This document shows, one piece after another, positions 53,280 to 64,000 of a DNA stretch of 64,000 bases. A program made the position numbers and the translations under genes. The stretch covers positions 19,654,001-19,718,000 of the forward strand of contig OX597827.1 in assembly GCA_951406725.2 (NCBI GenBank). Reading direction: 5' to 3'. Under the pieces are notes generated by a model that saw nothing but the letters and a program-made list of their open reading frames with translations, made no database searches and was not told the origin of the DNA. The stretch is from Octopus vulgaris. Lineage: Eukaryota. Positions within the stretch are counted from its first letter, which is position 1; each line of letters opens with the position of its first letter.

Positions 53280-53644
53280 ACTAGCACTATGACCCAGAAA
53301 CGCCGGGTCATAGTGCTAGTGTATGCATATGCAGCTGCGTGCGTGCGCATATACACGCGAGTACTGTCCAAATCTCCGACCAATCACATACAGCTAGCTG
53401 GCATTCAATTGGCGTATCAAGTTTCGTGCATTTTGATTGGGTTTGGGATAGAAAATTCACAAAAAAGTCACTTCTATTGATTTTTTAATGGTTTTGCGGG
53501 GTGACTGGGAAATGTAAAGATGTGCACGACCACCCTTGGACGGTTTTGAATGACCATAGAAAGTGCGAGTCCTCTAACTGAAAAATTGTGGATTTGTATA
53601 AAGGACACACACACAAACATTTTGCCGTTTATATATTCAGAGAT
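53280..53644 (+). mobile_element. Helitron/Helentron-like non-autonomous element
   Basis: 16-bp perfect 5' hairpin ACTAGCACTATGACCC/GGGTCATAGTGCTAGT; subterminal (AC)n; ends ..TTTATATATTCAGAGAT; no TSD. Confidence 0.5.
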
Positions 53645-55744
53645 TATTTTACTTAACATGTGGAGTTTTCCAGTAATTTATCTCAACTAAAGAAATTGAG
53701 AACCTTATGTAGGGGCAGTTAAGCATCATCATCAACAACAAAATAACCACAAGGATTAAGAGCCAACAAGAAAATCTCTGCGTGGTCTCTCGCCTCACTA
53801 GAAATAGCAACTCCCACTTTACCGTTTGAAAAATAGGATGGACGCATTTATCAATTTACTCCTACATATGCAATGTAGTCCTAGGTAGTCCAAAAAGACA
53901 GATTGGTCACGGTTGAAATGTATTTGTTTATGCTTACTGGAACAGTGTTGACATGAGACAATTATAACCATGGTGATGTGCCATGATCACATCACGTTCC
54001 ACGTTACCATAGCAATCTCTAATATTCTACATTGCAGCCCTAACAAACACTGTTATCTGACATTCGTCAAAGTTAATCATCAAAATTACAGAAAGGAAGC
54101 AAAAATACAAAATGGATAAAAAGTACACTCGATGTAGACCCCGATTTTGACCGCTCCAAGATACCCCCAAATCATCAGAGTAATGTAAAACCCAAAAGCC
54201 TCAGGACAAACATCCTCTCAAATGTACATCTAAAAACATACAGATACTGAAGGAATCACTCATCAACATCTACTCCTCATTATATTAACATCGCTAACAA
54301 GTGAGGACGTTTAAAAAGCGAAACCGGTACGTAATGTTAAAAATGCCTTCATTCATAACAACTCCTTAAGTAATTCCACCCTCGTTGAATTCTGAAACCG
54401 CTATGGCGTGGGTCTTAAGTAATAGTCGAACGGGAATATAGACCGTTGTTAAAGCAGTAAGAGACGAAAAGAGATGGAGAGAGAGAAAAAGTGAGTGGAA
54501 GAAAAGACGAATAAATTGAGGTTTATCGGTTGGTGGGGATGAGGCGGGGATTCTTGAGGAAGATGTTTTCTTCCTTGTGGTTTTGTAATGTTTATGGGTG
54601 CATTAATCTGTTTGTGAGTACATGTTGTACGTATGTGCATTTGTATATGTAAATCGATGAATGTGTATGGATATGGTGAGTGTGTGTGTGTGTATGTGGT
54701 GTATGTTGTTGGGATGCACGACTTTTGATCGCTGTCCTCCAATCAAAAACTACCTGTTACGTTTCCAGCGATGTGCTGAGGAGATTTTTCTTGGAATGTT
54801 CCACTCGAATTCTTTATTTCGAATAGATTCCGGTTCTGGGCTAAATTTTGGTTGACTCTCAGCACACCTCTTCCTGCAGACAACATTGCAAAGACTTTAT
54901 CAACTTTATGTTTCATGGTTCCCTGCTGTTATACACGAATGTGTGCGAGTTTACGTATGTGTTCATGTATGCATATACACGTGTGTGTATATGTATCTCA
55001 TCGATAACTACCTTATCTCTCCAGTCCCCCTCACCCTCACGTTTTTTTTATTCCAATATATCTCTCTTCTTAACCTCACACTGTTACACTACATCACGAA
55101 AACCCATATAATCCTTCTTGCGCACGCACACACACACAACAAGCATACACACACATAACAGATAAGCACATGTAATCACATACGTGTAGAAGTGTGAGGA
55201 CACACATACACACACACACACATGCACGTAAGCAATACATCCATTCATTTACAAATCCACTCAAGTTTCAACATGGACGTCAATTCAGCCAAGCTACGCA
55301 AGGACCCATGAAGCGTCACACATCGACCTCTCTTTTTCTCAATTTCTCTTCTAATAGCTTTAAGCTACCACCACCACCACCACCACCACCGCCACTACCA
55401 ACAACAACACGACATCCACCGCCACCCTCACTACCAACACCTGTACCATGAGCTCCTTCTAGGTTCACCATCGCTCATTACTAATGGCGGCCATATTGTA
55501 TGCAGTCTCTGTTACCGACTCTTACGATATAATCATCACCACCATCACCGCCATCATCACCAACAACAAACGTGTAAGGGTTATTTGGGGTCATTTTACC
55601 TGCTAAATCTTTACAGCCAAATCTCCCTGTGATTGTAGTCAGCTGCAATTGAGAAACAAACACACGGATTCACACACACTTACACACACACTTACACACA
55701 CACTTACACACACACTCACACACATATAAATATGTTTGTATGTA

Positions 55745-57064
55745 CAGGGTGCGTAAGATATTTGAGGACAGATTTATATTTATAAAAAAAACCCAGCTAT
55801 ATAATAACAGATAATAACTTTATCAAAAATGCTATGACGATAGAAATAAACCTTCTTTTCTATAATGTTATTCAATAAATATATTTCTTTACTACCCACA
55901 AGGGGCTAAACACAGAGGGGATAAACAAGGACAGACAAACGGATTAAGTCGATTACATCGACCCCAAAGCCACCTCCAGCTTCAATAACTGCTTCTATAT
56001 GAGATCTAAATCATCTACATGCTCGAATCAAGTGGTCCTGGTTCATTTTGGACATTACTCTGACTATGGCAGTTTTCAAAGAATCTTTGGTGTTATGGGC
56101 GTATTCATTGACCGCTCTCTCAACGACGCTCCACATGGATTGAGATTTGGGTAATTAAGAGACCAAATGTTAGGGGTTATGCGATCATGAAAATTTTCAA
56201 CCATCCATTCCTGTCTTACTAGAGCCATGTGTAATAGTGCAGAGTTTTACTGAAACACATATGGCCTTCCATTGCATACACTGTCTGTCCAAGGCTTAAC
56301 AATTATTTCCAGGACCTCAATGTAGGCAGCAGAGTTAACTCTAAGGCCTTGTGGAACGAAGCAAGGAAGCATCACATGTCCTTCATTGCTGACAACCCCT
56401 AAAACCGTGACAGTTGCAGGAAATTTTGTATGCATATCCCTTGGAACTTCAGAAGGGTCTGCACATAACCATCTGTCATTTCTTTTGTTAACTTTTTGAT
56501 CTTGGCAGACGTTTTTCTCGTTTGAGAAAAACCAAATCAAATCTTCTGCTGGATTTTTCAGTTCGTTTAAGAGCCTTTTTGATAAGATGTAGTGATTTTC
56601 TTTTGCTTTTTCTGACAAATTGACCTTTCCTCATCATATAAGACTTATATCTGATGTCTTCATGGACAACATTTCTTACTGTTCCTTCTGACACATGGAA
56701 ATCTTTTGCAATTGACCTCATGCACTTTCTGGGATTGTAATCAATGGTCTCTTGAACTTGCTGGATAAACTCAGGTGTTCTGATGATTTCAAGGCGTTTA
56801 GAATGCTTTTTATACGTTTCCATCTTCAGTCTCTAACTCCTTACAAACGTTGTAGACGATAGATCTGGCAACTTTTAAAAATCGAGATATTTCTAAATCA
56901 CTATGCTCAGCCTTTATAACCACAGTAACAGCATGCCTCTTCGTTTCTTGGGTAAGCTGAGAGTCTGCAATTATTATTTTCTGAAACAAAGATTATACAG
57001 AGTTAGCAAAAAATGCAACAATGACCCCCCAAAAGGTATGTCCTCAGATACCTTACGCACCCTG
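55745..57064 (-). mobile_element. Full-length decayed Tc1/mariner-superfamily transposon, maT (DD37D)-like
   Basis: TIRs CAGGGTGCGTAAGATATTTGAGGACA / TGTCCTCAGATACCTTACGCACCCTG; TA TSD; frameshifted transposase (HTH, WFFSNEK, NDRW, KFPATV.V.G.VS.EG, YVFQ); SINE B piece at ~55880-55965. Confidence 0.88.
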
Positions 57065-57223
57065 TATATATAAGTGAGCATTATTATTTAAAAGAAATAA
57101 TAATATTTATTTCTTTATTGCCCACAAAGGGGCTAAACACAGAGGAGACAAACAAAGGGATTAAGTCGATTGCATCGACCCCAGTGTAGTGGTCGCAAGC
57201 ATAAAATTGTATAGGCAAATTAA

Positions 57224-57258
<35 letters not shown>

Positions 57259-57844
57259 TCACACACACATATATAAACAGATGCTTGTATATACACACGC
57301 ACATGCACACACACACACACACACACAAAACTTCCAACGGCAACAAAAGAGACGCTGCAAAAGTGGCAAAAACCTGTAAAAGGGGACAACAGCAACTGCA
57401 ACTTCAAAAGTAATAATTGCAATAGTAACAACATAACTCAAAACAACAACAACAACTACAATAATAACCACAATTAACATAACTACAACAACAGTGGCAA
57501 CAGATGAGAGACATGAGGCGACATTAATAAACAATATTTCAAATCGATGTGTCGAGACATTTCCACGGTTGACTGAGTTAAGTGAGGCATTTATCTAGAA
57601 ATAATATTGTGTAGGAGTGATATGGAGCTAGCGCACGCGCGCACACACGCACACATAACCCCACCCACACTCTCATATATATATCTGTGTGATGTATGTG
57701 TCTGTGCGTGTGTGTATGCATATATATAACGGTACACACGCGGTCACATTCAAAATGTGACCGCGTGTGTACCGTTGCCGGTAATACTATATTTGTTCCA
57801 CGTCCTCGCGTTGTTGTGTTTTTTTTTTATGCTTTCTTGTTTGG

Positions 57845-57881
<37 letters not shown>

Positions 57882-57883
<2 letters not shown>

Positions 57884-58160
57884 AGGCGCAATGGCCCAGT
57901 GGTTAGGCCAGCGGACTCGCGGTTTCGATTCCCAGACAGGGTGTTGTGAGTGTTTATTGACCGAAAACACCTAAAAGCTCCTCGAGGCTCCGGCAGGGTG
58001 TGGTGGCGATCCCCGCTGTACTCTTTCGCCTCAACTTTCTCTCACTTTTTCTTCTGTTGGCCTGCTCGCTTAGCCAGCGGGGTGGCGTCATTTGAAGGCT
58101 AAAATAATGCGAAGCGCATTGTGACCAGCGATGTGTAGCAACATCTGATGGTCTGGTCGT
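57882..58160 (+). mobile_element. SINE family C
   Basis: homology to family C. Confidence 0.9.
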
Positions 58161-58163
58161 TCA

Positions 58164-58395
58164 TCTGGCAGAAATGTTAGCGCGCCGGGCCAAATGCTTA
58201 GTGGTATTTCGTCTGCCGTTACGTTCTGAGTTCAAATTCCGCCGAGGTCGACTTTGCCTTTCATCCTTTCGGGGTCGATAAATAAAGTACCAGTTTCGCA
58301 TTGGGGTCGATGTAATCGACTTAATCCCTTTGTCTGTCCTTGTTTGTCCCCTCTATGTTTAGCACCTTGCGGGTAGTAAAGAAAAAAAAAAAAAT
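58164..58395 (+). mobile_element. SINE family B
   Basis: homology to family B. Confidence 0.9.
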
Positions 58396-58399
58396 ATAT

Positions 58400-58603
58400 A
58401 AAGTGTGACCTCGTGTGTACCGTTGGCGATTTTTTTTCCTCTGTCTTCTCTTCTCTGGATCTTTCCTTCTCCTATGTTTCCGACGAAGAGCTCCGCTCGA
58501 AACGTTAAACCCTCCTTCTTTCCTTCTTTCCTGAGCGTCCAATAATACTATATTTGTTCCACGTCCTCGCGTTGTTGTGTTTTTTGTGCTTTCTTGTTTG
58601 GAT

Positions 58604-58607
<4 letters not shown>
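58400..58607 (+). mobile_element. Penelope-like terminal fragment
   Basis: homologous to 45530-45745 and 57757-57848; carries a minimal hammerhead-like motif; ends in (TA)n. Confidence 0.6.
58476..58510 (+). ncRNA. Minimal hammerhead-like motif, core variant CCGACGA
   Basis: GTTT-CCGACGA-A-GAGC-TCC-GCTC-GAAAC-GTT-AAAC. Confidence 0.6.
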
Positions 58608-58663
<56 letters not shown>

Positions 58664-59629
58664 CATGCATTTGAATTTACAAATCCAAGGTGGGAGTACA
58701 AAAGCAGCGACTGTGTTGAGAGAGATGAAAAAGAGGTAGATAGAGAAAAAGAGCGATTACATGGGGAGGTGGGGGGGCGTTGAAAGGACAAGAAACACGA
58801 GGAGACAACGATGAATGAAATAATTTCAAGAGGACAAAATGAAAGACACAAAGAAAATGGAGTAAAAACTTGAAGTAAAACGGTGTTGAAAGAACGGGAG
58901 AGGCAGTTCTGAACACCGTGGTTATTGATGGATTCTAATCTAGCAGGTGGGTGGGTAAGTGGGCGTGGGACGTCCGTTTGTATATGTATATATTATGTAC
59001 ATGTGTGCGTGCGTGTATTTGTGTGTGTGTGTGTGTGTGTGTATTTATGTGCGTATGCTTGCTGGAATGTGTGCGCATGTTTGTGTGTGTCTGCTTGTGT
59101 GTGCATACATGTGCGTGTATACGTGTGTATACGCATGCATGTGTATGTACGTGTATATTTACGTGTGCGTGCGCGTGTGTGTTTATACAGGTAAGAACGT
59201 GTTTAAAAGGTAATGCTTCGATTTATTGATATTTGAATCAACTTTCATAATGCTTGAAAGCCCCCAAAATTTAGAATTCGATCAAGGTTACATACAATCT
59301 ACACACGGTGATATATCATATACACAAAGATGTTATAATTATAAAATAAAATAATTTCTTTTGCATTAAATTTCGAAGTATTTCTACTGTTTCTTTTTTC
59401 TCTACGAATAAATCTTTCGAACAGTTTATCTTTATATAATCGTCTTTCGGTGATTATATACTATAGAGGAACATAATTTCGGTATCCTTTGCCGAACCAC
59501 TAAGTTACAGGGACTGGTGTCAAGTGGTGGGAGTTTACAGACACAAACACGAAGACACATACCCACACATATAAATGTATACATATACATTCTCTCCTTT
59601 ATTTTTCTCTCCTTATTTTTTCTGTGTCC

Positions 59630-59665
59630 CTTTCTGTAGAAGAGCGTAGGCTCGAAACGTAAAAG
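59630..59665 (+). ncRNA. Minimal hammerhead-like motif, core variant CTGTAGA
   Basis: CTTT-CTGTAGA-A-GAGC-GTAG-GCTC-GAAAC-GTA-AAAG; truncated antisense copy at ~15132-15155. Confidence 0.5.
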
Positions 59666-59692
59666 ACTTTTTCTATATATACACACGCACAT

Positions 59693-59756
<64 letters not shown>

Positions 59757-60016
59757 CAAAAGAAACGCTGCAAAAGTGGCAAAAACCTGTAAAAGGGGAC
59801 AACAGCAACTGCAACTGCAAAAGTAATAATTGCAATAGTAACAACACAACTCAAAACAACAACAACTACAATAATAACCACAATTACCATAACAACAACA
59901 ACACAGCAACAATGGCAACAACTAATGAGAGACATGAGGCGACATTAATGCTATACTAATACATCTGTTTGTTTTGTACACCACCTGTCTTCGTCTTTTG
60001 TTTTTTTGTAAACTCT

Positions 60017-60062
<46 letters not shown>

Positions 60063-60116
60063 GTATGTTTATGTGTGTGTGTGTGCGCGCGCGTATGATA
60101 CAGACGCATATACTTA

Positions 60117-60150
<34 letters not shown>

Positions 60151-60237
60151 GTAAGTATATTTATATATATATAATGTAAGTATATTTATATATATATATA
60201 TAATGTAAAAATATATATATATATATATGTGTATATA

Positions 60238-60318
<81 letters not shown>

Positions 60319-60345
60319 GTATATATATATGTATATATATATATA

Positions 60346-60546
60346 CTTTATTTAAAGCACAGAAAATTCAACAAAACCTGTTACTCTGAGTTTCCCGTTG
60401 CCGTTCATCGGACAGTTTTTGCAACGGGAAACTCAGAGTAACAGGTTTTGTTGAATTTTCTACTGCTTTAAATAAAGCATATTACTCTACCATTGGTATT
60501 TGAGTACTCTTTTTTCCACCTTGTTTCACATGTATGTGTTTACTCC

Positions 60547-60548
<2 letters not shown>
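60346..60548. mobile_element. Penelope-like terminal fragment with fold-back
   Basis: near-perfect IR ~60346-60401/60421-60477; flanked by (TA)n; homologous to 1030-1232. Confidence 0.55.
60378..60415 (-). ncRNA. Minimal hammerhead-like motif, core variant CCGATGA
   Basis: minus strand: CTGT-CCGATGA-ACGGCAACGG-GAAAC-TCAGA-GTA-ACAG. Confidence 0.45.
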
Positions 60549-60633
<85 letters not shown>

Positions 60634-60679
60634 GTATATATATATGTATATATATATATATATATAATGTAAGTATATT

Positions 60680-60712
<33 letters not shown>

Positions 60713-60935
60713 GTGTATATATATATATGTGTGTATATATATAACGTTTTTAGAAAAAAACATAAATCCGGAGAAGCACACTAAGAAATAGAGCAATCTA
60801 TATTTTTTCCTGGTGAAGGCCGCTTTATGGGGGTTACCTTGGGTTTCCCGTCCATAAAGCGTGAAGATACACCATAAAGTTAATCCCTTTATGGACAGTA
60901 ATCTCAGGGTAACCTCATAAACCGGCCTTCACCAG

Positions 60936-60991
<56 letters not shown>

Positions 60992-60995
<4 letters not shown>

Positions 60996-62089
60996 CATGG
61001 AAAAATGTGAGCAAGAGAAATAATATTCTTAAGATTATAAACCTGGAAAATGACAGGGCAAGTTATTACACTTGGAAAAGTTCAGGAAAAGTTCTTACGT
61101 CTGGTAAAGTACAGAACAAAAAATTTTCACTTCAAATATTGCAGCTAAGGATAAAATTTCAAATAAAATATTTAGATTTAGAAAATTTTTTGCACTTTAA
61201 AAAAATTATTGATTAATAATTAGAAATCTGAAAATAGGTTATAAAAATAATAGTAGAACGTAATTAGTTAGCACAATAAATAGAATAATACAAAAATTCG
61301 TTATATTACAGTTAAATCTACATATAACAACAAATTCACAGTAAAATTTGCTTGAGTTGTTGCCTAAGTTATTGCCAAGTCTTCATATTTTTAGTCTTGA
61401 CCCAATGCCTATGTTTTACATAATGGATTTGCCTACCATATATACTACTCTGTGGAGGTACAATGGCCAAGTGGTTAGGGCAGCGGACTCGCGGTCGTAG
61501 GATCGCGGTTTCGATTCCCAGACCGGGCGTTGTGAGTATTTATTGAGCGAAAACACCTAAAAGCTCCACGAGGCTCCGGCAGTAGGTGGTGATCCCTGCT
61601 GTACTCTTTCACCACTCTTTCTCCCACTCTTTCTTCTGTTGGCCTGCTCGCTTAGCAAGCGGGGTGGCGTCATTCAAAGGCTAAAAAAAAAAACAATGCG
61701 AACGCATTGTGACCAGCGATGTGTAACAACATCTGATGGTCTGGTCGGTCACATGATCACGTGATATACTATTCTACTTTGCATAAAACTTTAGCTATAT
61801 TGGTACTTCTGGCTCTCATTTTTTAAGTATTCTAGTAGGTCAATATTTTAACAAAATAACGGTACCTTTTTTAATTATAATGTTACTTTGTAACTTAAAA
61901 CCAAATGATTTTTAATATTCAAATTTTATCCTTCGCTGCAATATTTTAAGTAAAACTTTTCTTGCTCTGTACTTTGCCAGATGTAATAAGTTGTATTGAA
62001 CTTTTCCAGGTGTAATAACTTGTCCTGTAATTCTCCAGGTTTATAATCGTAAGAATATTATTTCTCTTGCTCGCATTTTTCCATGTAAT
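60992..62089. repeat. Long diverged inverted repeat (foldback-type element)
   Basis: ~60992-61170 is reverse-complementary to ~61915-62089. Confidence 0.8.
61453..61765 (+). mobile_element. SINE family C
   Basis: homology; flanking ATATACTACTCT/ATATACTATTCT TSD-like duplication. Confidence 0.92.
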
Positions 62090-62519
62090 CCATGCTAGTA
62101 TGCTAATTAATAATGTGTCAAATGTGCCAATTAGCGGTGTCATTGATAATTTTTCCTTACCTCAACGATGCCGGTGACATATATTAAAAGTCTCCTTATA
62201 GAACTATAATCAGAAAAAAGTATAGAACTATATTATCACCCTCAATTTTGAGAAACAAATACTCATTACTTTTTTCTTTTAAAACTTCATTGTATGAGAC
62301 ACCATGAAATTCCTCGAATTGAGCTCTATCATTTAAGCCTAATTTAAATATAGTTTGCTTTTAGAATAAAAAAAAGTTAATTACAGTTAAAACCAATTTT
62401 TTGCCTTACTCATATTGTTTTTCAAGATATTTTACCTCTTAACGTATCCTCTTCCAAGTAAGTTTTACGATTTAGAAGTCACGAGTTTGTTGTTACCTGG
62501 CTGTAAAGATTGTCCGAAA

Positions 62520-62800
62520 CCATATTTGTGTGACGTGGGCTTTGTGAGAAGGTACTGGGTCTTTTTGAAACACATATGGTTTCTACTGCATACTTCATTC
62601 ATTCAGGGTTTACATCTATTTCCAGCACCTCAACAAATCCAGTAGCATTAATTCTAAAATCCTACAGAAAGATGTGAAGTGGCAAGACATGACCTTCGCT
62701 ACTCCCTGTCCTGAAACCATTACAGTTACTGCAAACTCAGTGTGTATCACTCTGTGGACACCAGAAAAAGATGTGCTAATAACCATCTGTCATTTCTTCT
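62520..62800 (-). pseudogene. Highly decayed maT-like transposase fragment
   Basis: shares GAAACACATATGG and ATAACCATCTGTCATTTCT with 56252-56483. Confidence 0.55.
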
Positions 62801-62823
62801 GTTAGACTCTTCACTCTCTTTAT

Positions 62824-63257
62824 TCTTTTACTTGTTTCAGTCATTTGACTGCACCATGCTGGAGCACCGCCTTTTTAATCGAGCAAATCGACCCCGGGAC
62901 TTATTCTTTGTAAGCCCAGTACTTATTCTATTGGTCTCTTTTGCCAAACCGCTAAGTGATGGGGACGTAAACACACCAACATCGGTTGTCAAGCGATGTT
63001 GAGGAGACAAACACAGACACACAAACACACACACACACACATACATATATATATACATATATATGACAGTCTTCTTTCAGTTTCCGTCTATCAAATCCAC
63101 TCACAAGGCATTGGTCAGCCCGGGGCTATAGCAGAAGACACTTGCCCAAGATGCCACGCAGTGGGACTGAACCCGGAACAATGTGGTTGGTTAGCAAGCT
63201 ACTTACCACATAGCCACTCCTTACTACATAGCCACTCCTTACTACATAGCCACTACC
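62824..63257 (-). mobile_element. SINE family A with triplicated 5' end motif
   Basis: full length; ACATAGCCACT unit repeated 3x at 63208-63255. Confidence 0.9.
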
Positions 63258-63628
63258 TCACAACATTTTTTATATAAATTTTTGTTGCGTGGGAATATAA
63301 CTAAGAAATTCTTCATGCTTCCTTCTATCACTGAAGCTAAGATAAATATATTTTGCTTTTAAAATAAAAATGTTTTTTTAGATCTAAACTTGATTGGTGG
63401 CGCTACTTACTCTCCTATAACATTGCTACAAATTTTGACGTAAACTTTTTTCTACCGGACCAAATCTCAATTTTTTATGCCAAGATGTAGCTAGGGACCA
63501 GTTCTCTTCAAAATTGCTAACAGTTTTCAATTTGGTTAAGAAGTGAATTAGCGACAAGCTCTGAAAGATGCTGCAAGTGATTAAATTGCGGCCTTAAGAA
63601 TATTATTCAACCGTAGTTGAATGATATG

Positions 63629-63702
<74 letters not shown>

Positions 63703-64000
63703 CACAGGAGTGGCTGTGTGGTAAGTAGCTTGCTTACCAACTACATGGTTCTGGGTCGACCAGGGCGTTGTGAGTGGATTTGGCAGGCGGAAAGTGAAAG
63801 AAGCTCGTCATATATATATTTATATATGTATATATATATGTGTGTGTCTGTGTTTGACAACTGATGTTGGTGCGTTTACGTCCCTGTAACTTAGCGGTTC
63901 GGCAAAAGAGATCGATAGAATAAGTACAAGGCTTACGAAAAATAAGTCCTGGGGTCGATTTGCTCGATTAAAAGGCGGTGCTCCAGCATGGCCTCAGTCA
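63703..64000 (+). mobile_element. SINE family A (internal deletion, runs off window)
   Basis: homology to family A. Confidence 0.9.

Overview
AT-rich, microsatellite-saturated metazoan non-coding DNA. The tRNA-derived SINE families and repeat landscape look like a cephalopod (Octopus-type) genome; this is inference, not verified. No host protein-coding exon can be supported: almost all listed ORFs are translations of (TA)n/(CA)n/(TACA)n tracts. The window is a mosaic of: several tRNA-derived SINE families; decayed CR1-, RTE- and R4/Dong-clade LINE pieces; mariner and maT(DD37D)-like remnants; piggyBac-, hAT- and Helitron-like non-autonomous elements; and eight copies of a ~420 bp MITE with GGATC... 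TIRs, 8-bp TSDs and an internal variable telomeric (TTAGGG)n tract. The most interesting signal is a set of Penelope-like terminal fragments lodged in (TA)n tracts. They carry type I hammerhead ribozyme motifs: one canonical at 206-284, one near-intact at 17324-17384, and several minimal or core-variant ones. Several fragments are folded back into inverted repeats whose breakpoint falls at the ribozyme. Other observations: a SINE-LINE shared 3' tail, a templated 51-bp insertion, (TA)n-centred palindromes and local duplications. TE boundaries are approximate unless TSDs are given.
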